DNA from: Actinomycetota bacterium
GTDB lineage: Bacteria > Actinomycetota > Actinomycetes > Actinomycetales > Microbacteriaceae
Length of the DNA stretch: 62,214 nt
Direction: 5' to 3'
NCBI GenBank assembly: GCA_018268435.1
Contig: JAFDWP010000159.1
Coordinates: 1-62,214 of the forward strand
Shown here: positions 48,846-60,363 of the stretch, one piece after another
How positions within the stretch are numbered: position 1 is the first letter of the stretch
How the letters are laid out: the number at the start of each line of letters is the position of its first letter
Made by a program: the position numbers and the translations under genes
The notes under the pieces: model-generated
What the model saw: the letters and a program-made list of their open reading frames with translations, nothing else
Told to the model about the DNA's origin: nothing
Databases searched by the model: none

Positions 48846-50638
48846 TCGATCAGGTCGGAGAGTTCCAGCCAGCGTTCTTCGAGTCCGGTCGTCTCGTCCT
48901 CGACGGCGCGGAGGCTGCCTGCGAGCTTCTGTAGACCCTCGTAGTCGCCCTGGTCGTGGTCGGCCATGCGCTGGTGCAGGGTTTTCACCTCGGCGTGGAG
49001 CTTGTCGAGACGGCGTTCGACCGACGCGACTTCCTTCTGCGCGGTGCGTCGTTCGGCGCCGGAGAGCCCGGACGCGCCCGCTCTCGTGTCGCCGATCGTC
49101 GGGGTGACCGGACTACTCGTGCGCGATGACGGCTGCTCGCGCCGCAGCCGCAGGTACTCGTCTACCCCGCCGGGAAGGTGCCGCAAGCGTCCGTCGAGGA
49201 TGGCGTACTGCTGGTCGGTGACCCGTTCCAGCATGTAGCGGTCGTGGGAGACGACGATCAGCGTTCCCGGCCAGGAGTCCAGCAGGTCCTCCATCGCGGC
49301 CAGCATGTCCGCGTCCACATCGTTCGCAGGTTCATCGAGAGCGATGAGATTGGGTTCGCTCAACAGAAGAAGCAGAAGTTGGAGTCGGCGCTTCTGCCCT
49401 CCCGACAGTTCTCCAACCCGCGTGGAGAGGTGTTCGCGGGCGAAGCCGAGCCGTTCCAACAGTTGCGCCGGAGTCAGGTCTTTGCCGTCGATCGTGAACG
49501 TCGTCTTGGTGCGGGCCAGCACCTCGCGCACCCGGTCATCGCGGATGTCCGCGAGCTGGCTGAACTGCTGGTCCAGCATCCCGAGCCGCACAGTCTTGCC
49601 GCGCTTCACCCGTCCCGAGGACGGTTGCACAGTCCCGGCGATCAGCCCCAAGAGCGTGGACTTGCCGCTGCCGTTGGCCCCGAGAATCCCGGTCCGCTCG
49701 CCGGGCGCGATGTGCCAGGTCACCTCGCGCAGCACTTCGCGGTCGCCGTAGCGCGCACCGGCGCCTTCGAGGTCGATCACGTCCTTACCGAGACGGGCAA
49801 CCGCGAGCCGTTGCAACTCGATCGGGTTGCGCACCGGCGGCACGTCCTCGATGAGCTGGTTGGCGGCGTCGATGCGGAACTTCGGCTTGGACGTGCGCGC
49901 CGGGGCGCCGCGCCGCAGCCACGCCAGCTCCTTGCGCATCAGGTTCTGCCGCTTCGCCTCGGTCGCCGCAGCCATCCGGTCCCGCTCGACCCGTTGCAGC
50001 ACATAGGCCGCGTAGCCGCCCTCAAAGGGCTCCACGATCCCGTCGTGCACCTCCCAGGTCTCGGTGCAGACCTCATCAAGGAACCAGCGGTCGTGGGTGA
50101 TGACCAGAAGAGCGCCCGAGTTCTTCGCCCACCGGTTCTTCACCTGCTCGGCGAGCCAGGCGATGCCCTCGACATCGAGATGGTTCGTCGGCTCGTCCAG
50201 AGCGATCACGTCCCACTCGCCGATCAGCAGCACGGCCAGGGCGACCCTGCGCCGCTGCCCTCCGCTGAGCGAGCCGATCGTCGCATCCCAGGACACGTCC
50301 GCCACGAGTCCGCCGATCACGTCACGCACCTTGGCGTCACCGGCCCATTCGTGCTCCGGCCGGTCGCCAACGATCGAGTGGCCGACCGTGGCCTCCGGGT
50401 CGAGGTCATCACTCTGCGACAACATCCCGAACCGGACGCCGCCGCGCCTCGTCACACGCCCCGCCTGCGGCTCGACCTGACCACCGAGCATCCCGATCAG
50501 ACTCGACTTGCCATCGCCGTTCCGGCCGACGATGCCGATCCGATCGCCTTCCTCGACGCCGACCGTCACCGAGTCGAACACAACTCGCGTCGGGTACTCC
50601 AAGTGCAGAGCTTCCCCAACCATCAGAGGCACGGCCAT
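48842..50638 (-). CDS. Full-length ABC-F ATPase, element-borne copy
   Basis: Two ABC domains ([16 protein letters not shown]), no TM, coiled-coil tail; colinear with the host copy. Confidence 0.92.
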   Translation of the reverse strand: MAVPLMVGEALHLEYPTRVVFDSVTVGVEEGDRIGIVGRNGDGKSSLIGMLGGQVEPQAGRVTRRGGVRFGMLSQSDDLDPEATVGHSIVGDRPEHEWAGDAKVRDVIGGLVADVSWDATIGSLSGGQRRRVALAVLLIGEWDVIALDEPTNHLDVEGIAWLAEQVKNRWAKNSGALLVITHDRWFLDEVCTETWEVHDGIVEPFEGGYAAYVLQRVERDRMAAATEAKRQNLMRKELAWLRRGAPARTSKPKFRIDAANQLIEDVPPVRNPIELQRLAVARLGKDVIDLEGAGARYGDREVLREVTWHIAPGERTGILGANGSGKSTLLGLIAGTVQPSSGRVKRGKTVRLGMLDQQFSQLADIRDDRVREVLARTKTTFTIDGKDLTPAQLLERLGFAREHLSTRVGELSGGQKRRLQLLLLLLSEPNLIALDEPANDVDADMLAAMEDLLDSWPGTLIVVSHDRYMLERVTDQQYAILDGRLRHLPGGVDEYLRLRREQPSSRTSSPVTPTIGDTRAGASGLSGAERRTAQKEVASVERRLDKLHAEVKTLHQRMADHDQGDYEGLQKLAGSLRAVEDETTGLEERWLELSDLID

Positions 50639-52113
50639 CAGCGCACCGCCGCCGATGCACGACGGCCGGAACAGGGTGTGTGACCCCGCCGGCGCACACG
50701 GCCACATCCGCCGTTTTCCCTGATGGGACGGTAGACTGGAGTCGTCCACTTCTCCATATGCGGTTCCTGGTTGTTGGGTTCGTCCAGGATCATCACGTTG
50801 GGCTGGTCGAGCAGCACGAGCAGCAGCTGCAGCCGCCGCTGCTGGCCGCCGGACAGGTCCTTCACCGGCGTGGAGAGCTGCGCCGAGGAGAACCCGAGGC
50901 GTTCCAGCAGCTGCCCCGGCGTGAGCTCGGCGGCCTTGGATCCGGTGCCGAACGTGTACGTGGTGCGCAGCCGCCCGATCACGACCCGCACGGGCTCGTC
51001 CCACACGTCCTCCAGCTCGTCCAGGCGCTGGGTGAGCGTGCGCACCTGCACGGTCTTGCCGTGCTTGACGCGGCCGCTCGTGGGCGCAAGGGTGCCGGCG
51101 ACCAGGCTCAGCAGCGTCGACTTGCCCGCACCGTTGACGCCGAGGATGCCGGTGCGCTCACCGGGCGCGATCCGCCACTCCACGTCGCGCAGCACCGCGC
51201 GCTCGGGCGTGCCGGCCGAGGCCGGGAACGTCACGCCGGCATCGATGAGGTCGACCACGTCCTTGCCCAGCCGCGACACCGCGAGCGACCGCAGCGCGAT
51301 CGGATCGCGGATCTCCGGCACGTCGGCGATGAGCTCGTTCGCGGCCTCGATGCGGAATTTCGGCTTCGCCGTGCGCGCGGGGGCCCCGCGGCGCAGCCAG
51401 GCCAGCTCCTTGCGCGCGAGGTTCTGCCGCTTCGCCTCGCTGGCGGCCGCCATGCGATCGCGCTCCACCCGCTGCAGGATGTAGGCCGCGTACCCGCCCT
51501 CGAAGGGCTCGACGATCCGGTCGTGCACCTCCCAGGTCTCCGTGCACACCTCGTCCAGGAACCAGCGGTCGTGCGTGACGACGAGCAGGGCGCCCTGATT
51601 CGCCGACCAGCGCCGCTTCAGGTGCTCGGCGAGCCAGCCGATCGCCTCGACGTCGAGGTGGTTGGTGGGCTCGTCCAGCGCGACGATGTCCCAGTCGCCC
51701 ACGAGCAGCCGGGCCAGCGCGACGCGGCGGCGCTGCCCGCCGGAGAGGTCGCCCACCGAGGCGTCCCAGTCCAGGTCGCTGACGAGCCCGTCGATCACGT
51801 CGCGCACCTTCGGGTCGCCCGCCCACTCGTGCTCGGCGGTGTCGCCGACGATCGCCCCGCCCACGGTGAGCGCGTCGTCGAGCACGTCGGCCTGGTCGAG
51901 CACGCCGACGGTCGTGCCGCCGCGCACGGTCACCCGGCCGGAGTCGGGATCCAGGCGTCCGGCGAGCATGGCGAGCAGGCTCGACTTGCCGTCGCCGTTG
52001 CGGCCGACGATGCCGATCCGATCGCCCTCCTCGATGCCGAGGGTGACGGAGTCGAAGACCACGCGGGTGGGGAACTCGAGGTGGAGCCCTTCGGCCCCCA
52101 GAAGATGTGCCAT
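50638..52113 (-). pseudogene. Host ABC-F gene truncated at second Walker B; reads into element DNA
   Basis: Similarity to 48842-50638 stops at ILDEPNN; unrelated tail ends in TGA overlapping the ATG of the element copy. Confidence 0.88.
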
Positions 52114-52165
52114 GTCGTCTCCCAGGGTAGCTTTCGCCGGGTGTGCATCCGCCCGGTCGACCCGC

Positions 52166-53008
52166 TCAGGCCGGGCGCACGTGCACGACGTCGCCGGCCG
52201 CGATCCGATGCACGGTGCCGGCCTCCGACACCAGCAGGCAGCCGTCATCGCCGAGGCCCGTGGCCTCCCCCACGATTTCCGCTCCGCCCGGCAGCGCCAC
52301 CCGCACCGTGCGTCCGAGCGTGACGCAGCGCGCCGCAACCGCGTCGTGCAGGCCGCCGGCGACCGCGGAGCCGTGCGCGGCGAGGGACTCGACCCACCCG
52401 TCCAGCCGCGCCAGATAGCCGGAGACGAGCAGGTCGAGGTCGGCGTCCGCCCCCTCGACGGCGAACGAGGTCGCGGTCGGCACCGGCAGCTGCGCGGCCG
52501 TCATCCGGGTGTTCACGCCGGATCCCACGATCACCGTGTCCGACCCGGTGGCCTCGGCGAGGATCCCGCAGATCTTCCGCTCGCCCACGAGGACGTCGTT
52601 CGGCCACTTGACGCCGACCGCGGGTACGGATCCGGGCCCTTCGAGCGCCTCAGGGACCGGGGCGAGAGCCTCAGGGACCGGGGCGAGAGCGCCCGGGACC
52701 GGATCCAACTGGGCCGCGATCGCGTCCGCCATCGCGAGACCGGCCGCGAGCGGGATCCAGCCGCGCTGCGCGATGGGGATCCCCGGCACGCGCAGCAGCA
52801 CCGACAGCGCGATCGCCGTGCCCGCCGGCGCGGTCCAGACCCGGTCCAGGCGTCCGCGCCCGGCGATCTGGTCCTCGGTGAGGATCACCGACAGGTGCGG
52901 CCAGCCGCCCTCATCGTCCGCGTGCGCCCGCAGATCGGCGTTCGTGGATCCGGTGGACGCGACGATCTCGAGGCGCGCCGCGGCGGCGGCGCTGTGCGGG
53001 AAGCTCAT
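52166..53008 (-). CDS. birA: Biotin-protein ligase
   Basis: [26 protein letters not shown]. Confidence 0.93.
   Translation of the reverse strand: MSFPHSAAAAARLEIVASTGSTNADLRAHADDEGGWPHLSVILTEDQIAGRGRLDRVWTAPAGTAIALSVLLRVPGIPIAQRGWIPLAAGLAMADAIAAQLDPVPGALAPVPEALAPVPEALEGPGSVPAVGVKWPNDVLVGERKICGILAEATGSDTVIVGSGVNTRMTAAQLPVPTATSFAVEGADADLDLLVSGYLARLDGWVESLAAHGSAVAGGLHDAVAARCVTLGRTVRVALPGGAEIVGEATGLGDDGCLLVSEAGTVHRIAAGDVVHVRPA
52647..52702. repeat. 21-bp in-frame tandem repeat in birA
   Basis: GCCTCAGGGACCGGGGCGAGA twice plus a partial copy (PVPEALA). Confidence 0.85.
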
Positions 53009-53143
53009 GCGGTCACCCTATCCAGGCAGGCGCCGCGTCCCGCCGGGCCCGTTACGGCTCGGAGGGTCTGCACAGAGGATCGGGCCGAGGTGTTGTGCGC
53101 CTCATCCAACGGCCGCCGAGGCCCCGGCGCTAATGTGGAGACC

Positions 53144-54729
<1,586 letters not shown>

Positions 54730-54733
<4 letters not shown>

Positions 54734-54954
54734 GCGCGGACGAGGAGGCCGGCGCGGTCGAGATCCAGGTGCTCCGCGGCACCGCCACCGAGGAGGAGCT
54801 CGCGGCGCTCATCGCCGTGCTCTCCGAGGCGTTCGTGGCCGAGGAGGCCGACGCCGTCGCCGCCGAGAAGCCGGTGTCGGCCTGGGGCCGCACGCAGCGC
54901 GCCCTGCGCGTCCCGCTGCGTCGGGACATCCCCTGGGGGCGCTTCTCCGGCTGA
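54730..54954 (+). CDS. Acyl-CoA carboxylase epsilon subunit
   Basis: [15 protein letters not shown]; GTGA coupling. Confidence 0.85.
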
Positions 54955-55228
54955 GCCGGCCGAGGAACCTCCTCGTCGGCTGGATTTGTCCCCCAAAATA
55001 CCTACAGACATCCTCTGCACGAACCGGAAGACTCTTTCTTGCAACGCTTCGCGTTCGACCGGATCTCCGCCACAGGGTAGGCGGACGATCTCCGGTCTTG
55101 CGGACGGTTTTCGGGTAACCGTTCCGCACCTGGCGAGGGGTGTGCGGCTTCGCCGCCCCTCGCCCTTCCTCTGCTCCGGCCCGTTCCGCACGGCCGTCGA
55201 AGGCCCGGCTGCGCCGCGAGGAGCCCGG

Positions 55229-56236
55229 TCAGTCCGCGCTCGTGCGCGGGATCTCGTGCCACAGCTCGACGGAGTCCTCATCGGAAGACTCCCCTGCTGC
55301 CGAACGGCCGACGACCGTGACCGCGATCCTGGCGTCCTTGGGTGCGCGGATGATGAGCCGCGCGGACGCGGAGTCGGCGAGCACGTCCGCCAGCTCGTCA
55401 CGGATCCTCGCCTTGGTCTGCTCGTCCAGGCCGTCCAGCCCGCCGTCGTCGAACACGGTGACCGACGCGCCCCGCGCCCGCGCCGCCTCGATGGTCGCGC
55501 GGGCGCGCTCGTTCAGCAGTTCCCCGCCGCGGATCTCATCGCGCAGGCGACCCTCGGCCAGGTGGGCGGCCTGCCGCTCCTCCGGGGAGAGCTCGCCCCG
55601 TGTCTCGATGACGCGCGTCAGCAGCGGCCCCGCCACCGTGAGCGCGTACTGCACCCGCTCGCGGCGCTCGCGCTGGCGCACGATCTGCGTGGCCTGCCAG
55701 GCCGAGGCCGCCTGCTGGATGCCGGCGAGACGGTCGGTGTCGCGGATGGCGCGGTGCCAGAACGAGACCAGCAGCTGGGCGATCACCATCCACACCATCG
55801 AGCCGACCAGGCCCAGCCCCAGGGCGTCGAAGAATCCGATCCAGGCGGTCGAGGCGATCGTGAGCAGCAGCAGCACCAGCCACCCCGCGAGCGGACGGCG
55901 CCGCACGATGCAGACGACGCCGGTCAGCCCCACAGCACCGATGTACCAGGTCGCGTAGGGCGCGCGCACCGAGTCCGCGTCCAGGCCGAGGTTGCTCAGC
56001 TGCGGGATCGCGATCGTCGAGACGAGGGCGAGCAGCGCCGCCCACGGCGGCATGTGCACCGAGCGCGCGGCGCCGACGATCGAGATCACGGCGAACGTGA
56101 CGAGGTAGATCGCGACGGCGAGCAGCACGAGCAACGGGCGCGGCGGCGGCGAAGTCCACCACAGCGCACGGGCCGAGAAGTAGCAGGCGAACACGAGCCC
56201 CAGCACGGTCGCGACGATGCGCACGGTCAGCCTCAT
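55229..56236 (-). CDS. Membrane protein, degenerate sensor kinase-like
   Basis: TM helices then EGRLRDEIRG; ATGA coupling. Confidence 0.75.
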   Translation of the reverse strand: MRLTVRIVATVLGLVFACYFSARALWWTSPPPRPLLVLLAVAIYLVTFAVISIVGAARSVHMPPWAALLALVSTIAIPQLSNLGLDADSVRAPYATWYIGAVGLTGVVCIVRRRPLAGWLVLLLLTIASTAWIGFFDALGLGLVGSMVWMVIAQLLVSFWHRAIRDTDRLAGIQQAASAWQATQIVRQRERRERVQYALTVAGPLLTRVIETRGELSPEERQAAHLAEGRLRDEIRGGELLNERARATIEAARARGASVTVFDDGGLDGLDEQTKARIRDELADVLADSASARLIIRAPKDARIAVTVVGRSAAGESSDEDSVELWHEIPRTSAD

Positions 56237-57459
56237 GTCTGCGACCACCCGAGCGTGACGACCGTGCCGCGACGGTCCGAGTCGATCGTGGCGATCCCGC
56301 CGACCGCCGCCATCCGGGCGACGATCGACGCACGGATGCCGAGACGGTCGGCTCCGACCTGCTCCGGGTCGAACCCGGTGCCGGTGTCGCCGACCTTGAC
56401 CGTGAGCCCGGTGTCGCCGTGCCCCTCGACGACGACCATCAGGCCCCGCCCGGCGGCATGCGCGACGGAGTTGTCGATCGCCTGCCGCGCGGCGAGCGCC
56501 ATCGCCCGGGCCACCCGGTCCGGCACGGCGCCGTGCCCGAAGTGCTCGACCTCGACCGACAGCCCCATCTGCAGCACGGCGCGGCGCAGGTCCTCGGCGA
56601 GCAGCTCGATCTGCACGGGCTCGTCGCTGCCCTCCTGCGCGGGCGCCTCCGCGTTCGCGAGCCGGGTGAGGGCCTCGCGTGCCATGTCCACCGCCAGAGC
56701 GCGGGCGCGCTCGCTCTCGGCGCGCTCCGCGGCGATCAGCGCCGCCAGCACGCTGTCGTGCATGAGTGCGGCGACGGCCACGCGCTCGTGTTCGGCAGCC
56801 TCCGCCGTGGCGGCCTGGGTGTACAGCGCCACCGCACGTCCACGGGCATCGTCGACCCCGTTCGCGACCGACCGGAACATCCACCCCAGAGCCACCAGCA
56901 CGAGGCCGAGGATCAGGGTGAACGACACGTCGAACGCCGTGATGACCCAGAAGTCGCGCCCGAATCCGCCCTGCACCAGGCGCACCGTGCCGTACAGGAA
57001 GGGACCGATGAGCGCCCACCCCACCTGCACGCCGAACGGGAAGGCGACGACCGCGGCGACGCCGGCGACGTTGACGAGGAAGAACACCCAGGGCTGATCC
57101 GCCGGCACCAGATCCGTCTGCGCGGCCACGAACGGCCACAGCACCAGCACCACGGTGTACGCGATGAAGAACAGCCCTGCGGTGAGGCGCACGCCGCGTC
57201 CGAGTGCGCAGCACACCAGCATCGCGAGCCACGGCACGAACACGATCGCCAACATCAGGATGTGCGGGAGATCCACCACCCGCATCGTGACGAACGCGTT
57301 GATGAGCGCCTGCGTGCCCAGGGCCAGCGCGCCGACGCCGACGACGATGGCGATGATCCGCTCCATCCGCCGACCGGCGAAGCGCTCCAGCTCCTGTCCC
57401 ACCTCTCCGGGCGTGGGGATCTTCTCCCATGCCTCTCTGAGGCCCTGGTCCGCCGACAT
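56233..57459 (-). CDS. Sensor histidine kinase
   Basis: LMHDSV H-box, DTGTGFD, GIRASI. Confidence 0.88.
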   Translation of the reverse strand: MSADQGLREAWEKIPTPGEVGQELERFAGRRMERIIAIVVGVGALALGTQALINAFVTMRVVDLPHILMLAIVFVPWLAMLVCCALGRGVRLTAGLFFIAYTVVLVLWPFVAAQTDLVPADQPWVFFLVNVAGVAAVVAFPFGVQVGWALIGPFLYGTVRLVQGGFGRDFWVITAFDVSFTLILGLVLVALGWMFRSVANGVDDARGRAVALYTQAATAEAAEHERVAVAALMHDSVLAALIAAERAESERARALAVDMAREALTRLANAEAPAQEGSDEPVQIELLAEDLRRAVLQMGLSVEVEHFGHGAVPDRVARAMALAARQAIDNSVAHAAGRGLMVVVEGHGDTGLTVKVGDTGTGFDPEQVGADRLGIRASIVARMAAVGGIATIDSDRRGTVVTLGWSQT

Positions 57460-57520
57460 CCGCTACCCCCGCCGTCGCATCGCATTGACGCCGCGGGTGG
57501 TCCCCGGCGAGGAGCGTCGC

Positions 57521-58186
57521 TCAGGCCGCACCCTGCGGGTCCTCCTGGGCGGTCTCCACGATGCCGTCCTCCATCGCCCGTCGCAGCAGGTCGACCTTGG
57601 TGGGCGCGGGACGACCCACGTCCACGTACTTGACCCGGACGCGGGTGATGTTCTCCTTGGCCGTCGAGTAGGCCACGCCGAGCCGCTCGGCCACGACCTT
57701 CAGCGGCAGACCCGTCGCGTACAGCCGCAGCACCTCGCGCTCGCGCGTGGAGAGCTGCGCGTCGGCGAATGCCGTGTCGCCGTCGACCGCGTTCGCCCAC
57801 TCGACGTTGTTCAGAGCCTCGCCGCGCGCGACCGTGCGCACCGCGGCGATCACATCGTCGAGCGGAGACGACTTGCTGATCACCCCGGCGGCGCCGGCGG
57901 CGAGCGCCTCGCGCACGGCCGCCGGGCGGTCTGCGACGCTGTGGATCACGACGCTGCACCCGGCGGCGACGAGCCGGCTCACGTTCTCGGTCACGGTGGT
58001 GCCGTCTCCGAGGGTCAGATCGAGCACGACGACCTCTGCGGGCACCGTCCCGGAGCGGGCGCGCACGTCGAGGTATTCGGCGACACCGGCGCCCGTGAAG
58101 ACGACCTCGAAATCCGCCCGCTCGAGCGCGGCGGCGAGGCCCAGACGCACGGATTCGTGGTCGTCGATCAGGGCTACACTGCTCAC
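57521..58186 (-). CDS. NarL/LuxR response regulator
   Basis: IDDH, VVLDL, LSTREREVL. Confidence 0.92.
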   Translation of the reverse strand: MSSVALIDDHESVRLGLAAALERADFEVVFTGAGVAEYLDVRARSGTVPAEVVVLDLTLGDGTTVTENVSRLVAAGCSVVIHSVADRPAAVREALAAGAAGVISKSSPLDDVIAAVRTVARGEALNNVEWANAVDGDTAFADAQLSTREREVLRLYATGLPLKVVAERLGVAYSTAKENITRVRVKYVDVGRPAPTKVDLLRRAMEDGIVETAQEDPQGAA

Positions 58187-58260
58187 GCTCTCACCCTATC
58201 CCGTGCGGTCGCGGGGTCAGGCGCCGACGGGGCGGCACCGGGCGTGCGGCTGCGCCCGTC

Positions 58261-59520
58261 TCATCGCGTGAGCAGGGCGACCGTCTCCAGGTGGTGCGAG
58301 TGCGGGAACAGGTCGAACGCCCGCAGCCGGCGCGGCTCGAAGCCGAGCGCGCGGAAGGTGGCGAGGTCCCGCGCGAGCGCCACGGGGTCGCAGGCGACGT
58401 AGGCGATCGCCGCGGGATCCAGGGCCGCGACGTCCTCCACGACGGCACGCCCGGCGCCCGAGCGCGGCGGATCGAGCACGATCGCGCCGCCGGCGACATC
58501 GGCGCGATCGCCGTCCTCGGCCTTCAGGTAGCGGTCGACGCGGGCGGTCACCGCCTGCACGCCCAGGTCGCGCAGGTTCGCCGCCGCGTGCCGGGTGGCG
58601 CGCGGGGCGGACTCGACCGTGGTGATGCGCCGTGCGCCCAGACGCGCGAGCGTGGCCGCGAACAGTCCCACGCCGCCGTACAGGTCCAGATGCGCGGCAG
58701 ACGGATCCACACGCCCCTGCAGGAGGTCCGCGACGGCGCCGTCGAGCATGCCGGCCGCCGCGGGGTGGATCTGCCAGAAGCCGTCGGCGTCGAGCGCGAA
58801 GGAGCGCCCCGCCACGTGCTCGACGATCATCTCGGGCGCCGGCCGCCGCGGGCCGCGCCGCACGCCGCGTCCGCGGGCGATCCGCTCCGCCTCCGGGCGC
58901 AGCACGCGCCGCACCTCGCCGTCCGCGGGCTCGATCAGCTCGATCCGCCCCTCCGGCAGCCCGTGCAGGCCCCGCGCCGCGGCGTCGATCGCCGGGCGCG
59001 CGAGCACGTGCGCGGCCACGGGCACCACGCGATGGCTGCGGGCCGCGAACGGTCCGATCCGGCCCTCGCCGTCGATGTGCAGGGTGACCCTGGTGCGCCA
59101 GTTCTCGTCGGCGCCCGTGCCCTCGACCTCGGGCGCCTCGACACCGCCCCCGGCGAACCGGTCCAGGGCCTCCTGCAGCACCTGACGCTTCAGCGCCCGC
59201 TGCCGCCCGATCTCGATGTGGCCGAGATCCGCGCCGCCGGGACGCTGCTCCGGCGCGCGTGCGACATCGGCCTCGGGCCAGACGTGCGGGCGCCGGTCCG
59301 GCGAGGCCTCGAGCACCTCGACCGTCTCGGCGCGCCAGAAGGAGCGGGTTCCGGCGGCGTCCGACGGCCCGGACAGCCGTGCCCGGACCCGCTCCCCCGG
59401 GATCGCATCGGATACGAACACCACGCGCCCCTCGTGCCGGGCGATGAAGACCCCGCCGTGCGCGATCGCGGTCACGTCGAGGTCGAGAAGGGCGCCCTCG
59501 GACGCGTCGGATTCGCTCAC
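58261..59520 (-). CDS. TRAM-domain RNA methyltransferase (RlmD-like)
   Basis: FWQIH, DLYGGVG, LDPPRSG, YVACDP, DLFPHS. Confidence 0.9.
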   Translation of the reverse strand: MSESDASEGALLDLDVTAIAHGGVFIARHEGRVVFVSDAIPGERVRARLSGPSDAAGTRSFWRAETVEVLEASPDRRPHVWPEADVARAPEQRPGGADLGHIEIGRQRALKRQVLQEALDRFAGGGVEAPEVEGTGADENWRTRVTLHIDGEGRIGPFAARSHRVVPVAAHVLARPAIDAAARGLHGLPEGRIELIEPADGEVRRVLRPEAERIARGRGVRRGPRRPAPEMIVEHVAGRSFALDADGFWQIHPAAAGMLDGAVADLLQGRVDPSAAHLDLYGGVGLFAATLARLGARRITTVESAPRATRHAAANLRDLGVQAVTARVDRYLKAEDGDRADVAGGAIVLDPPRSGAGRAVVEDVAALDPAAIAYVACDPVALARDLATFRALGFEPRRLRAFDLFPHSHHLETVALLTR

Positions 59521-59577
59521 CCCTCGATCATCCCAGACCCCGGCGGTCGCCGACTCCGAACCGCTAGCGTGGAGGTC

Positions 59578-60237
59578 ATGCGCGTGTGCCTCGCCTCCAC
59601 CTCACCCGCCCGTCTCGCCCTGCTGCACCAGAGCGGCATCGAGCCCATCTGCCTGAGCCCGGATGTCGACGAGGACGCGGTCGCGGCGGCGGAGGCGGAG
59701 CGCCTCGGCCGCACGCTGGCCCCGGAGGAGGTCGTGATGCTGCTCGCCCGCGCGAAGGCCGCCGACGTCGCGGCACGCATCCACGACGTGCACCCGCGCT
59801 TCGACGGCATCGTGATCGGCGGCGATTCCATGTTCGAGCTCGACGGCGAGGTGCACGGGAAGCCGTACGAACCCGAGCGGGCGATCGCCCGCTGGCACGC
59901 GATGCGCGGCCGCACCGGCGTGCTGCACTCCGGGCACAGCGTGATCCGGGTGCACCCCGATGCGCCGGCGCAGGAGGTGCACGCCGTCGCGGAGGCCGCG
60001 GTCACGTTCGCCGCCGACGTCGACGACGCCGAGATCGCGGCCTACGTCGCCACGGGCGAACCCCTGCTCGTGGCGGGGGCGTTCACGGTGGACAGCCTGG
60101 GCGCCGCCTTCATCGAGCGCGTCGACGGCGACCCGTCGACCGTGGTCGGCATGTCGCTGTCGACCCTGCGCCACCTCGCGGGGCGTCTCGGGATCCGCTG
60201 GACCGACCTCTGGAACGCGGTCCCGCGCTCCTCCTGA
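59578..60237 (+). CDS. maf: Maf family NTP pyrophosphatase
   Basis: LASTSPAR, GGDS, GKP, AGAF. Confidence 0.92.
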   Translation: MRVCLASTSPARLALLHQSGIEPICLSPDVDEDAVAAAEAERLGRTLAPEEVVMLLARAKAADVAARIHDVHPRFDGIVIGGDSMFELDGEVHGKPYEPERAIARWHAMRGRTGVLHSGHSVIRVHPDAPAQEVHAVAEAAVTFAADVDDAEIAAYVATGEPLLVAGAFTVDSLGAAFIERVDGDPSTVVGMSLSTLRHLAGRLGIRWTDLWNAVPRSS

Positions 60238-60363
60238 TCGCCGGGACCTCCGGCAGCGTCTCGACGGTGGATCCGGTCTTCGTAGGATCCAGGACGTGAA
60301 ACCCGTGGATTCTTGTCGAGGGTCGTCAAAAATATCGGGACCGCTGTCGCTAGGCTGACACTC

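Larger units (their letters stand above)
1..50775. mobile_element. Integrative conjugative element (left end outside window), inserted in a host ABC-F gene
   Basis: Conjugation, relaxase, prim-pol and ParB genes plus cargo; right junction where the host ABC-F reading breaks at LDEP|NNQEP (~50770-50780); housekeeping genes follow. Confidence 0.85.

Noticed and set aside
48842-51004. 720-aa form of the element ABC-F
   Set aside because: Similarity to the host copy begins at ATG 50638; the upstream part is out-of-frame host sequence
51662-53143. N-terminal extension of the 1023-aa ORF
   Set aside because: Antisense to birA and ABC-F; the carboxylase starts at 53144 after TAATGT
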